Source: Gammaproteobacteria bacterium
Lineage (GTDB): Bacteria; Pseudomonadota; Gammaproteobacteria; Eutrophobiales; Eutrophobiaceae
Direction of reading: 5' to 3'
Assembly: GCA_965222155.1 (NCBI GenBank)
Contig: CBDCTH010000012.1
Location: 704,001 to 768,000 of the forward strand
DNA: 64,000 nt
This document shows, piece by piece, positions 33,993 to 44,225 of this stretch. The first letter of the stretch is position 1. Each line of letters opens with the position of its first letter. The translations under genes were made by a program, and so were the position numbers. A model generated the notes under the pieces. That model ran no database searches. It was given only the letters and a program-made list of their open reading frames with translations, and was not told where the DNA came from.

Positions 33993-36482
33993 CTAGAAGA
34001 AGTAGCTTAACTGCACACCGAAACGCGCCCCGCGCTCGCGGCCGACACCGTTGGCATCGTGAACCACGTCCAGACTCGTGCTCAGGAATTCGAATGCGTC
34101 CATGTGCTGGCGCTGCTCATCGGTCACATCGCGGCCGTAAGCAGCCACTTCCCAGTTGCCGTCGGGTGGGGCAATTGCCAGCCGCAAGTCAAGACGTTCC
34201 CAGGAATCAACCTGATCCAGCGGGTCACCACTGATACCGAACAGGCGATAACCGTCACTGAATATAAGGTTGGCGCTGGCGGTGACCTGAAAACCACCGA
34301 TGCTCATACGGTAGTTCGGCTGCAGGTTCACTGACCATTCGGGTGAGAACGGCAGCTCCTCTCCGGCGCCATCAATGAAGCACGGGGCAAACGGGTTCAT
34401 GGCCGCTATCCTTGCCAGTTTGCTATCCAGAGAATTACACTCAGCGCCATTGTAACTGTCATATTCGGCCTCGGTGTAGTTGCCGGCAAAGCCCAGGGTA
34501 AAGTTATCGGTGATAGCCCAACGGCCGTCGATTTCAACGCCTGTGGTATGTGAGGCGGCGGCGTTTTGGGTGATGAACTGTCCGGTCGTATTGTTGAAAA
34601 TGGTGACCTGCAGTTCGCTGAAATCGGTATAAAAGCCTGCCACGTTCAGGGCCAGTCTGCCATCGAGCAACAGCGCCTTGATGCCACCTTCCCAGCCTTC
34701 CGCTTTCTCCGGTTTGTAAGAGAAGGGATTCGGGGCGCCGCCTGTGACCGGCGGTGACTTCACAAAACCCCCGGCCTTCAATGCCTCGGAATATTTACCG
34801 TAGAGCATAATCTCGTTGCTCACGTCCAACTGCAAACCAACCTCCGGCAGAAAGTCGCTGGCATTGGATTCGTCAGATACCGGAGGTACAAAGGGAACAG
34901 CGGGGCCGAATTCAGTTGCGCCGATAGGCAGGAGCGACAGATGCGGGTTCTCGGTACCTTCTTTTTCGATGTCCACATAGCGCCCGCCGACGTTGATGCG
35001 GATATTGTCGGTCACATTGAACGTCGTGTTGAAAAACCCGGAGATCCAGCGTGAATCCTCAACCAGCGGACCACCGAAGCTGATGGCGCTGTGCAGCGTC
35101 GGGTCCAGGGCGGGATTGCGCGGGACAAAGCCCATGGAAAAGAAATGAGGCAGGTCGAACAGCCACGGCAGGTACACATCGACCTGCGTCGTCATGTCAT
35201 GTTCCTGATAATAGGCGCCGACCATCCAGACGAATCGTTGATCCTCCGGCGAGCTGAACCGGACCTCCTGGGCGAACTGTTCGAAGGATTCGTCGCGCTC
35301 ATCGGCAAACACTGCAAAACTACTCATATCCGGGTCCAGAATGTCGTATTTATCATATTCCACGTAGGACGTGGTGGAACTCATCACGATACCGCTGCCG
35401 CCGATATCCCAGTTAAACGCCAACAGGCCGACGTCAGCCTTGTGCTCACGCCGCTCCTGTTCGTTGTATATGCGCGCGCTGTTCAGGCCGCGGGAAACCG
35501 GGCTGAAGGGAGCGCCCCAATAGTTCGGGCTGCCGAACACGGCGCCGCTGGCAGCATTCAGTTCATCCATGACCGCGCGTACATCCTGCGAGCCGCCGGA
35601 ACCTACCACACCGTCCAGCCTGTTCAAATCGATACCGTTGTATGCGGCATCCAGCGCACACAGCGCCCCTGTGAAGGGAGCCAGGGCCGGATGAGAGCTA
35701 CTCAGGGCAGGCCGTGTTTCACAGCGGGTATATTCAGTCGGCACACCGATCTGGGATACGTCCTGGTGCTCGTACTTGAACGTCACTTCAAAATCATCAG
35801 TCGGGGTCCAGACGCCGAGAACCCTTATCCCCCAGTTTTCCTTGACGCCCAGTTCCTTGCCGGTCAGTACGTGTTTATAGCCGGCGTCGTTTAGTTCGTA
35901 ATAGCGCCCGGAGACACGAATACCAAACGTATCCGACAGCGGGCCACCAGCGGCGGTTTCTATGCTGAGTTCTTCATCGGTGCCGTAGGCTGCGGAAATA
36001 TTTCCCTCCCACTCGTCGCCGGGTCTGCGGCTGATATAACTCAGCGCGCCCGCAGTGGCGCTCTGGCCGGCGAATACAGGAGCGGGACCACGGATCACCT
36101 CAACCCGTTCCAGGTCAAAGAAGCTGTTCTGGCTCATATTATCGCGACCGTAATATACCCCGTCGTGGAATTGCGCGACCGCTTGTTCAAATGCTTCATT
36201 GGCAACCGTGGTGCCTATGCCGCGAATGACGAGGTTTTGACCGACAAGTGAATCCGACATGAACAAATTCGGCACGAAGCTGGACAGGTCCTCCATATCG
36301 GAAAATCCGCCGGCCTTTATATCGTCACCTGTGATCGCCAGTATCGAAATCGGTACGTCCTGCAGGTTCTGCTCACGTTTCTGTGCGGTAACGATAATTT
36401 CTTCCAGTATCTGTGCCTTCAGTGGTGTTGCGATGACAAGGGCCAACGCCAAACTCAAAGCCACCTTGGAATTCTTAATCAT
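33993..36482 (-). CDS. TonB-dependent receptor
   Basis: EEIIVTAQKREQNLQDVP TonB-box region, RVEVIRGP plug, C-terminal Phe. Start ATG 36482. Confidence 0.95.
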   Translation of the reverse strand: MIKNSKVALSLALALVIATPLKAQILEEIIVTAQKREQNLQDVPISILAITGDDIKAGGFSDMEDLSSFVPNLFMSDSLVGQNLVIRGIGTTVANEAFEQAVAQFHDGVYYGRDNMSQNSFFDLERVEVIRGPAPVFAGQSATAGALSYISRRPGDEWEGNISAAYGTDEELSIETAAGGPLSDTFGIRVSGRYYELNDAGYKHVLTGKELGVKENWGIRVLGVWTPTDDFEVTFKYEHQDVSQIGVPTEYTRCETRPALSSSHPALAPFTGALCALDAAYNGIDLNRLDGVVGSGGSQDVRAVMDELNAASGAVFGSPNYWGAPFSPVSRGLNSARIYNEQERREHKADVGLLAFNWDIGGSGIVMSSTTSYVEYDKYDILDPDMSSFAVFADERDESFEQFAQEVRFSSPEDQRFVWMVGAYYQEHDMTTQVDVYLPWLFDLPHFFSMGFVPRNPALDPTLHSAISFGGPLVEDSRWISGFFNTTFNVTDNIRINVGGRYVDIEKEGTENPHLSLLPIGATEFGPAVPFVPPVSDESNASDFLPEVGLQLDVSNEIMLYGKYSEALKAGGFVKSPPVTGGAPNPFSYKPEKAEGWEGGIKALLLDGRLALNVAGFYTDFSELQVTIFNNTTGQFITQNAAASHTTGVEIDGRWAITDNFTLGFAGNYTEAEYDSYNGAECNSLDSKLARIAAMNPFAPCFIDGAGEELPFSPEWSVNLQPNYRMSIGGFQVTASANLIFSDGYRLFGISGDPLDQVDSWERLDLRLAIAPPDGNWEVAAYGRDVTDEQRQHMDAFEFLSTSLDVVHDANGVGRERGARFGVQLSYFF

Positions 36483-36628
36483 GGATGCTCCCCAATTAGT
36501 ATTCAGGAAAAATACTAACAACAATACTCAGTTGAAAAACCAACCATAAGGCCGGTTTCTTTCAACAATATTACCCTTACCTAGCCGTAAGTATGGGTTT
36601 GTTCTGAATCTTCCCTCGGGAATATCGC

Positions 36629-38083
36629 TTACGTTTGAAATCCTGGTGGTATCTGAAATCCGCCTGTCTGCTGTGTCAGCAATCTCACGAAATCAATCGT
36701 GATGTAATCGTTGTATTCTGCACTGATAGCCTGAAGACCAATCGGCAGGTCATTTTGCGTCAATCCGGTTGGAAACACGGTACTTGGCAGATAAGACACC
36801 GTACTCATCCCTGCCCAGAACATAGGCTGAAAGTACGATTGAGGAACACCGTTCACTGTCAGCATGCGCTGATGAAGCGGGCTATGGTCGTGGTTAAAAG
36901 CCGGTATGGTAAATACCGGACAGATCAATATGTCCCATTCATTAAAGAACTCCCGCCAGGCATAACGCATATATTCACGCTGGTTATTATTCTGAAGCCA
37001 ATCCCGGTGACTGAGTACACGAGAGCGCGCGACGATAGCTGAGTCAGATAAATCATCTGATGGGAAGGAATCGGCAAGCTGACAGGCCTCGAGATACTGC
37101 TCGTCAGGAATCCCGTCTGACGTGAGCGGCCACATCAAGTTCAAAAATATTTCCTGATTTTTTCTGAAATCAATAGCCGGCAATGCCTGGTCGGATACCT
37201 TCGCGCCGAGTTTGGCAAGGATCTCACCCACACCCGCAACACGGGAGGTTATCTCCTCATCAACCGGCGCAATTTCATAGTCTGACCAGATAGCAACTTT
37301 GTATTCTTCAAGAGATTTTTTACCAGGGCGCGGTAATCGGAGGCGCCAGCCCGGCTGATTTAATGGCTGGGCTCCGCCAAGCAAATCCATGGTAAGTCTG
37401 AGATCCTCTATACTACGCGCCATTGGCCCAACTACGCCAAGGTCCGGCGAAGCAACGACGCCAGGCATAGCGTGCCCCTGGTTAGGTACTACACCCCAGG
37501 TGGGTTTGTGACTATAAAGACCACAAAAATGCGCGGGCACGCGGATGGAACCTGCCATGTCAGAACCAACTTCCAGGGCACAAAGTCCCGCTGCCAGTGC
37601 TGCAGCCGAGCCTCCCGAAGAGCCTCCAGGAGAACATGACAGATCCCAGGGATTATTCGTTACCCCGAATATATCATTGTAAGTTTGAATATCACCAAGT
37701 CCGAATGGAACATTAGTCTTTCCCATGAATACCGCACCGGCCTGCCTGACCCGTTTGACAACTTCAGCATCGGCATCGGCGATATTGTCTTTTAAATCAG
37801 GTATACCCCAGGTAGTTGCTAACCCCGCTATGTTAAACGCTTCCTTGACAGTAACAGGAACACCATGCAAGGGTCCTGCTATATTGCCCCTGGCTAACTC
37901 CTTGTCTGCCTTTGAAGCTGCTGCCAGCGCCCTGTCAAAATCCCTGACTACGACGGCGTTGATTCTACCGTCCAATTTCTCGATGCGATTGATAAAGTGA
38001 TCTGTCAATTCCAGGGAACTGATTTCCTTATCCCGGATTTTGCGGGCTAACTCGACGGCACTCAGAAAAGCAAGTTGACTCAT
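36629..38083 (-). CDS. Amidase signature family enzyme
   Basis: GVPVTVKE (Lys), GGSSGGS, GSDMAGSIRVPA (Ser-cisSer-Lys triad). Confidence 0.94.
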   Translation of the reverse strand: MSQLAFLSAVELARKIRDKEISSLELTDHFINRIEKLDGRINAVVVRDFDRALAAASKADKELARGNIAGPLHGVPVTVKEAFNIAGLATTWGIPDLKDNIADADAEVVKRVRQAGAVFMGKTNVPFGLGDIQTYNDIFGVTNNPWDLSCSPGGSSGGSAAALAAGLCALEVGSDMAGSIRVPAHFCGLYSHKPTWGVVPNQGHAMPGVVASPDLGVVGPMARSIEDLRLTMDLLGGAQPLNQPGWRLRLPRPGKKSLEEYKVAIWSDYEIAPVDEEITSRVAGVGEILAKLGAKVSDQALPAIDFRKNQEIFLNLMWPLTSDGIPDEQYLEACQLADSFPSDDLSDSAIVARSRVLSHRDWLQNNNQREYMRYAWREFFNEWDILICPVFTIPAFNHDHSPLHQRMLTVNGVPQSYFQPMFWAGMSTVSYLPSTVFPTGLTQNDLPIGLQAISAEYNDYITIDFVRLLTQQTGGFQIPPGFQT

Positions 38084-38128
38084 AACTCGTCTCACAGATT
38101 ATAGGATTTGATAATTGCGGATTCCGGC

Positions 38129-40861
38129 TTAACTTATCAGGCCGCTGTTTCTGGCCGTAGCTACGGCGAGGGTTCGATTGGTGACATGTAGCTTGCTGAA
38201 TATATTACTTACATGAAATTTCACCGTTGCCTTGGCTATAAATAAGTGCTCTGCAATTTCAGTGTTTGTTTTTCCCGCAGATACTAATTGCAACACTTCA
38301 AGCTCACGTTTGCTCAGCGCCTCTACATTGACGATACGGTTCTCATTGTGATGTGTCATGTGGTCAGGTGTCATACAAAAAGCTCTCACAGAAGAATATG
38401 TGCCCAATATTTTTTCGATATATGCTGAGACCTGGATTGTAATCGACTTGTTCTTTAAACAGTCATCCAACAACTCCCTGATTATCTCTCCTTCGTCGAT
38501 AAAGGTACGCAATAGTCCGGCCGGTTTAGCCAACTTGACGGCCTGTTCTACCAGGTTGACCGCCTGAGCATGGTTATCTTGCAACTTAACGATTTGTGCT
38601 TCCAGAAGCAGGCAATCAAGTACTGCTTGATAAGCCTTGTATTGCTCTGCATATTTACGTAAATATATAAGCCGGTCCCGAGCGTTATCGGGGTTGTTCT
38701 CCAAAATACCCAGGCGAATTTTGTTAGCCCGCTCAAAAAAATCGCCAATATCCCAATTATCAGGGATGGTATCTGCTGCCGGAGAACGGTGATTTGCAAG
38801 ATCAGAATAAGCTGCTCCGCTGTTGCGGATTTTCCTGGCAAGCAGTAATCGTTCTCTTTCAACCCAGGCAGGAAACAAGTTGCTTATACACTGCTTTGAA
38901 CGAAACAGGCATCGGTTCAATGCATTATAAGCAGCATCCCAGTCTCCTGTGGCGCTATAGCAACGGGAAAGAGTGGCGTAACCGTAACATGAAAAAATCG
39001 GTGGGCCAATCTCTTCAATGAGCAGCAGATTAGAGTTTAATAGTTCCTGCGCCTCCTCGACTCTGTTCCATTCATAACATACTGTTGCACGCATAGTGCT
39101 GGCCAGGGCGCGCGCAAAAATATTGCCGCTAGCGACATCTTTTGCAGCTTCTTCCGAGCGCTCAAAAACCCGATAAGCGTCTTGATAATTTAGCTGCTGA
39201 ATGTCTACTATCCCTGCAAAACCATCCACTACTGCCATACCATAGCACTGTTTATTTATGGAAAAATACTGCCACGCTTGAGCCAGCAACTTTTTACTTT
39301 CCTCAAAACGGCCCAGGCGAAATTGTGCATATCCCCTGAGGTCGTTCAGCGTTGCTATCATGAGATTATCTACGGGTTTATCATCCAACTGTTCGGTCAG
39401 TGCTAATAGCTGCGCGTTATCATCCTTCATAGCGGCTATGGATGCGGGTACAACGAGTGCCTCTGCTTCAAGAGATCTTAATTCTTCATGGTCAACATCA
39501 CCTGAAGCGTCGGCTAACTCCATCAACGCCTGATTAATCCGCGTATTAACAATTTCCGCATTCTGAATCCTGTTCATCAGGCACAGGGCAAAACCCTCCA
39601 GTATCAGGAGTCGCGGAAATCTTTCTTTAACAGCATCAGGGATATTACTGAGCCAGGTATATACTTGTGCTGTGGTTCCCATCAGTGACATGATCGCTAT
39701 CGCGTCCCGATGGATATCCTCTATGATCTCCAAATCGTTTGAGTGTAGTGCGTAATCAACCGCTTCCTTAATAAGTCCCTGGGCACGAAACCAAACTGCC
39801 GCTTTATGATATAAGTTCAATAGTTCATGCGGATATTGGCGTCGAAGCCTGCCAATGAGGAAATCATGAAACAAGTGGTGGTACCGGTACCAGTGTCCGT
39901 GTGTATCCAGCGGCAACGTAAATAATCCATCATTTTCCAGTTGTTCCAGAACACTTTGCGCATCATTTCGACCGGTCAATAAATTGCATATGTCCGCATT
40001 AAATCTCGATAAAATGGAAGTCTTCAGCAAGAAGTCAGTCAGGGGTTGAGATTGTTGTATTAATACATTATTGGTTAAATAATCTGCGATCTCATAAAGA
40101 TTGCCTGAGAAGGAAGCAATAAACTCATCGCGTTGAGCATAATTTTTCAATACCAGTGCCACCAGTTGCAGGCCGGCAGCCCAGCCTTCACTTTTTTCAG
40201 TGATGATCGCGATCTGCTCCCTGGTAAGCTGAAGTTTATGCTTACGCTCCAGGAACGCCTTGGCCTCGATACTGCTGAAGCGAAGCATACTGACATCTAC
40301 CTCAGTCATTTTCTCACTGACTCGCCATTTGCTCAGGGATAGCGACGGTACGATACGACTACCAATGACCAGTAAAAAATTCTCCGGAGACCAGTCAATG
40401 AGTCGCTCAATAAACTGGTGGATATCTACGGAATTGATATGCTGATAATCATCTATAAATAAAGTTATGGGTGTGCCGATCCTGATCAATTCATTGATTA
40501 TGTGATTAAGCGTAATAGTGATATCAGGTTGTAATCGACCTTCCATCCAATTCGCGGCATCCACCCAAAAGCCGTCGATGACTTCCTGATACGCGCATAG
40601 GACATATCTGATGAAGGTTGCCGGATCATCATCCAACTCATCGAGAGACAGCCAGCAAGCCGTTTGCCCATTGTCTGACATGAATTTATGCCACTGATAC
40701 AACAAGGTCGTTTTGCCGTAACCGGCAGGCGCATGCACCAAAGCCAAATTCTTTGTGCCAACCGTGTTCAATAGATTACTCAGACTGGGTCGTGTTATTA
40801 CTCCAGTCCTGTTTGCGGGCGGGAACAGTTTAGTTTTGATAATTAAATTATTTGAATGCAT
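38129..40861 (-). CDS. MalT-like ATP-dependent LuxR-family transcriptional regulator
   Basis: TKLFPP, APAGYGKTT, FIDDYQ, EGWAAGL, WYRYHHLF, C-terminal LuxR HTH. Confidence 0.93.
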   Translation of the reverse strand: MHSNNLIIKTKLFPPANRTGVITRPSLSNLLNTVGTKNLALVHAPAGYGKTTLLYQWHKFMSDNGQTACWLSLDELDDDPATFIRYVLCAYQEVIDGFWVDAANWMEGRLQPDITITLNHIINELIRIGTPITLFIDDYQHINSVDIHQFIERLIDWSPENFLLVIGSRIVPSLSLSKWRVSEKMTEVDVSMLRFSSIEAKAFLERKHKLQLTREQIAIITEKSEGWAAGLQLVALVLKNYAQRDEFIASFSGNLYEIADYLTNNVLIQQSQPLTDFLLKTSILSRFNADICNLLTGRNDAQSVLEQLENDGLFTLPLDTHGHWYRYHHLFHDFLIGRLRRQYPHELLNLYHKAAVWFRAQGLIKEAVDYALHSNDLEIIEDIHRDAIAIMSLMGTTAQVYTWLSNIPDAVKERFPRLLILEGFALCLMNRIQNAEIVNTRINQALMELADASGDVDHEELRSLEAEALVVPASIAAMKDDNAQLLALTEQLDDKPVDNLMIATLNDLRGYAQFRLGRFEESKKLLAQAWQYFSINKQCYGMAVVDGFAGIVDIQQLNYQDAYRVFERSEEAAKDVASGNIFARALASTMRATVCYEWNRVEEAQELLNSNLLLIEEIGPPIFSCYGYATLSRCYSATGDWDAAYNALNRCLFRSKQCISNLFPAWVERERLLLARKIRNSGAAYSDLANHRSPAADTIPDNWDIGDFFERANKIRLGILENNPDNARDRLIYLRKYAEQYKAYQAVLDCLLLEAQIVKLQDNHAQAVNLVEQAVKLAKPAGLLRTFIDEGEIIRELLDDCLKNKSITIQVSAYIEKILGTYSSVRAFCMTPDHMTHHNENRIVNVEALSKRELEVLQLVSAGKTNTEIAEHLFIAKATVKFHVSNIFSKLHVTNRTLAVATARNSGLIS

Positions 40862-41191
40862 CGTATTTCGGATAGTTACTCGCTAAAAAACAACCCGGCG
40901 GGAGTCATCGACATTCTCACCTGGAGTCGCAGTCGGCTCTTTTTCTACATCCTGATATATAACTTTAACCTATCAGATACTGGAATTCTTCCCCATAAAT
41001 ATGATATAACTACAATCAGTACTGTCTTCAGTTCCACAGCGCTTTTTCGTTGTTTCCTGAAACTGCATTATGGGATTATCGCAGATCTGCTTTTGGAACA
41101 ACTAAAGCTCCATTTATTAGTTTTAAATTACGTATTTTTGTCGTCTGCAATTATTGCAGGCGTGACCGAGTGTATTTTGGAGGTTATTGAT

Positions 41192-41914
41192 ATGGGAAGA
41201 GTAGCAGTAGTAACGGGCGGCACCCGGGGTATCGGCGGGGCCGTTTCAATTGCTTTGAAGGAGGCAGGCTATAAGGTTGCGGCGAATTACGTGGGCAACG
41301 ATGATGCAGCCGCTAAATTCAAGGAAGTAACACACATTGGTGTTTACAAATTCGACGTGGGTGAATTTGACGCATGCCGGGATGCCGTTGCCCGGATTGA
41401 AGAGGATCTCGGTCCGATAGATGTGTTGGTCAATAATGCCGGCGTTACCCGGGACGGCACCATGCACAAGATGGATTTCGAGCAGTGGGATAAAGTAATC
41501 CAGACCAACCTGGGTTCCTGTTTCAATATGTCTCGTTGCGTGATCGACGGAATGCGCCAGCGCGGTTTTGGTCGTATCGTAAATATCGGTTCAATTAATG
41601 GCCAGGCCGGACAATACGGCCAGGTGAATTACGCTGCCGCCAAATCGGGAATACATGGTTTTACCAAGGCATTGGCCCAGGAAGGCGCGGCGAAAGGGAT
41701 AACGGTCAATGCAATCGCACCGGGATATATCGATACCGATATGGTCCGGGCCGTACCGGAAAACGTATTGGAAAAGATCATTGCCAGGATCCCTGTCCGT
41801 CGTTTGGGAAAAGCCGAGGAAATCGCGCGTGGGGTATTGTTCCTGGTCAGTGATGAAGGCGGGTTTATAACCGGGTCAACTCTCAGTATAAATGGCGGAC
41901 AACACATGTACTGA
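41192..41914 (+). CDS. phbB: Acetoacetyl-CoA reductase
   Basis: TGGTRGIG, NNAG, GQYGQVNYAAAK, INGGQHMY. Start ATG 41192 after GGAGG. Confidence 0.88.
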   Translation: MGRVAVVTGGTRGIGGAVSIALKEAGYKVAANYVGNDDAAAKFKEVTHIGVYKFDVGEFDACRDAVARIEEDLGPIDVLVNNAGVTRDGTMHKMDFEQWDKVIQTNLGSCFNMSRCVIDGMRQRGFGRIVNIGSINGQAGQYGQVNYAAAKSGIHGFTKALAQEGAAKGITVNAIAPGYIDTDMVRAVPENVLEKIIARIPVRRLGKAEEIARGVLFLVSDEGGFITGSTLSINGGQHMY

Positions 41915-41927
41915 GGGCGGAATAAGG

Positions 41928-42052
41928 TGGTAGCCCCTCCTCATCTCCTGCAGTTGGGGGGGCAAAGCAGGAGAAACGGGGAGCTACCAAGATAAAAGGG
42001 CATTCCAAACATATTATACAGTATCGCCGAGGAGGAGGATCGGAATGCCCTT
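41928..42052 (-). ncRNA. Twin-hairpin region, candidate sRNA or terminator
   Basis: Stems AAGGGCATTCC/GGAATGCCCTT and TGGTAGC..CTCCTGC/GCAGGAG..GCTACCA; C-rich loops on the minus strand. Confidence 0.35.
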
Positions 42053-42115
42053 CGTTACCTGTTACTTTATTTGGTTAATTTTATCGTTACAAGTTCCCTG
42101 TTACAAATTTTTTTT

Positions 42116-43234
42116 TCATGCAGCCAACGCCTCCACAGCCGGGAGGTAATCATAATGAAGATCGTTCGCCACGGCTTCGCAGGTAACGCGACCCTGATAC
42201 ACATTCAGGCCGTTTCGTAAACCGGGGTCATCCATCAATGCCCGCTTGACTTCCTTATTGGCCAGCGCTACGATGTAGGGCAGTGTGGCGTTGTTGAGGG
42301 CAAACGTCGAAGTGCGCGGGACTGCGCCGGGCATATTCGCCACACAATAATGCACAACGTCATCGACGATATAGGTGGGCGTCTGGTGGGTGGTTGGCCG
42401 GGATGTCTCGAAGCAACCCCCTTGATCAATTGCCACGTCGACCAGGACCGAACCCGGTTTCATGCGGGCAACCAGTTCTTTGCTTAATAGTTTGGGCGCC
42501 GTGGCGCCGGGTTTGAGAACAGCGCCGATGACAAGGTCGGATTGTAACGCGTATTCCTCTATGGTATCCCTGGTTGAATAAACACACTTGACCCGTCCGC
42601 CGTATTCTGCATCAACCTGCCGTAAACGCGGTAATGAGCAATCCAGCAACGTCACGTCTGCCCCCATCCCCAGGGCCATGGCCGCGGCATTATCGCCCAC
42701 CACGCCACCGCCGATGACCAATACTTTGGCCGGCGCCACGCCGGGAACGCCGCCCAGCAGGACTCCGGAACCGCCTTGCGCTTTTTCCAGGCAGTGTGCC
42801 CCTGCCTGAACGGACAGACGTCCGGCCACTTCACTCATGGGCGCGAGCAAAGGCAGGGACCGGTCTGCCGCGGTGACCGTTTCATAGGCAATAGCGATTG
42901 CCCCGGAGTTAAGCAGGGTGTGTGTCTGTTGCGGATCAGGCGCCAGGTGCAGGTAGGTAAACAAGACCTGCCCAGGGCGCAGCAGCCGGCACTCACCGGG
43001 TTGCGGCTCTTTTACCTTTATGACCAGAGCGGCTTCGGCAAAGACTTCAGCTGCGGTCGCTACAACTGTAGCGCCCGCGCTGGTGTAATCAACGTCTGTC
43101 ATACCGATACCGATGCCGGCATTACTTTGAACTATCACCCGGTGGCCCACCCGCACCAGTTCACGGACACTGGCAGGCGTCAAGCCCGCGCGATATTCAT
43201 GGTTTTTGGTCTCTTTTGGCACTCCGATCTGCAT
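42116..43234 (-). CDS. ald: Alanine dehydrogenase
   Basis: [33 protein letters not shown]. Confidence 0.97.
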   Translation of the reverse strand: MQIGVPKETKNHEYRAGLTPASVRELVRVGHRVIVQSNAGIGIGMTDVDYTSAGATVVATAAEVFAEAALVIKVKEPQPGECRLLRPGQVLFTYLHLAPDPQQTHTLLNSGAIAIAYETVTAADRSLPLLAPMSEVAGRLSVQAGAHCLEKAQGGSGVLLGGVPGVAPAKVLVIGGGVVGDNAAAMALGMGADVTLLDCSLPRLRQVDAEYGGRVKCVYSTRDTIEEYALQSDLVIGAVLKPGATAPKLLSKELVARMKPGSVLVDVAIDQGGCFETSRPTTHQTPTYIVDDVVHYCVANMPGAVPRTSTFALNNATLPYIVALANKEVKRALMDDPGLRNGLNVYQGRVTCEAVANDLHYDYLPAVEALAA

Positions 43235-43379
43235 GATTTTTTTACCCGTTAAAGGTTGTGCTGGAAATGCTTTGATCTTAGTGAAAAAAGAACTGAATTT
43301 CTTTGCAAAATATTAGATAATATAGCGCGTAAAATGAATTATCTTCTAAAATTCTTTGTAAATATGAAATTATATTTCA

Positions 43380-43850
43380 ATGATATCTTTGGATAGAACG
43401 GATCACTCCATTCTGCATGAGCTGCAACTTGACGGCCGTATAAGTAATGTCAAGCTGGCGGAACGGGTCAATTTATCCGAGTCGGCCTGCTTGCGCCGGG
43501 TTAAATTACTGGAGGATGCCGGCATAATCAGTGGTTATGCCATGTTGATCAACCAGGCTGCAGTAGGGTTGTCGGGTAACGTCTTCGTCGAAATTACATT
43601 GAACCGTCAGCGCCGGGAAGATCAGGATGCCTTTGAAGCCGGTGTAGCCCGGGTACCTGAAGTTATGGAGTGTTATCTCATGTCCGGAGATTATGATTAC
43701 CTGTTACGAGTCGTCGTCGCCGATGCCGGAGATTATGAACGGATACACCACGAGCAGTTGACCTCGTTACCCGGCGTTGCCAGGGTCAGGTCCAGTTTCG
43801 CCCTGCGCGCAGCGACGAAAAGAACGGAATTACCCATCCCGTCCAAATAG
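43380..43850 (+). CDS. Lrp/AsnC regulator divergent from ald (AldR-like)
   Basis: LQLDGRISNVKLAERVNLSESACLRRVK, SGDYDYLL. Confidence 0.92.
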   Translation: MISLDRTDHSILHELQLDGRISNVKLAERVNLSESACLRRVKLLEDAGIISGYAMLINQAAVGLSGNVFVEITLNRQRREDQDAFEAGVARVPEVMECYLMSGDYDYLLRVVVADAGDYERIHHEQLTSLPGVARVRSSFALRAATKRTELPIPSK

Positions 43851-43961
43851 TCGCCAGCTACCGAATCATCAAAGAACCGGACGATGCGGTTTATATTTGA
43901 CCAAACATATCTAATGATATATATTATGATATATATTTAAAATTGACATCTGAGGAATAAA

Positions 43962-44225
43962 ATGACCGATACGGCAAAAATATTTGTAAACGGCCGCAGC
44001 CAGGCGGTGCGCTTGCCGGCTGCCTACAGGTTTGACTCAAAGGAAGTCTTTGTAAGGCGCGACGAAAAAACCGGCGATGTCATTCTGTCAACGCGCCCGG
44101 ATGACTGGGACAGTTTGTTCAGCGCCCTTGACGGGTTGGTTATACCGGACAGCTTTTTGTCTGACAGAAAGCAAACGCAGAAACCTGAAACAAGAGACCC
44201 ACTTGGTGGAGTTGATGTTTTATGA
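43962..44225 (+). CDS. vapB: VapB/VagC antitoxin (AbrB-type)
   Basis: AKIFVNGRSQAVRLP; AT-rich palindromic operator-like sequence upstream. Confidence 0.92.
   Translation: MTDTAKIFVNGRSQAVRLPAAYRFDSKEVFVRRDEKTGDVILSTRPDDWDSLFSALDGLVIPDSFLSDRKQTQKPETRDPLGGVDVL

Noticed and set aside
36565-36600. Operator for the MalT-like regulator upstream of the TBDR
   Set aside because: Only a weak CTTAC/GTAAG symmetry, with no second copy to support it.
40856-41191. 112-aa N-terminal extension of PhbB
   Set aside because: It is an open frame through an AT-rich divergent promoter; the real start with GGAGG is at 41192.
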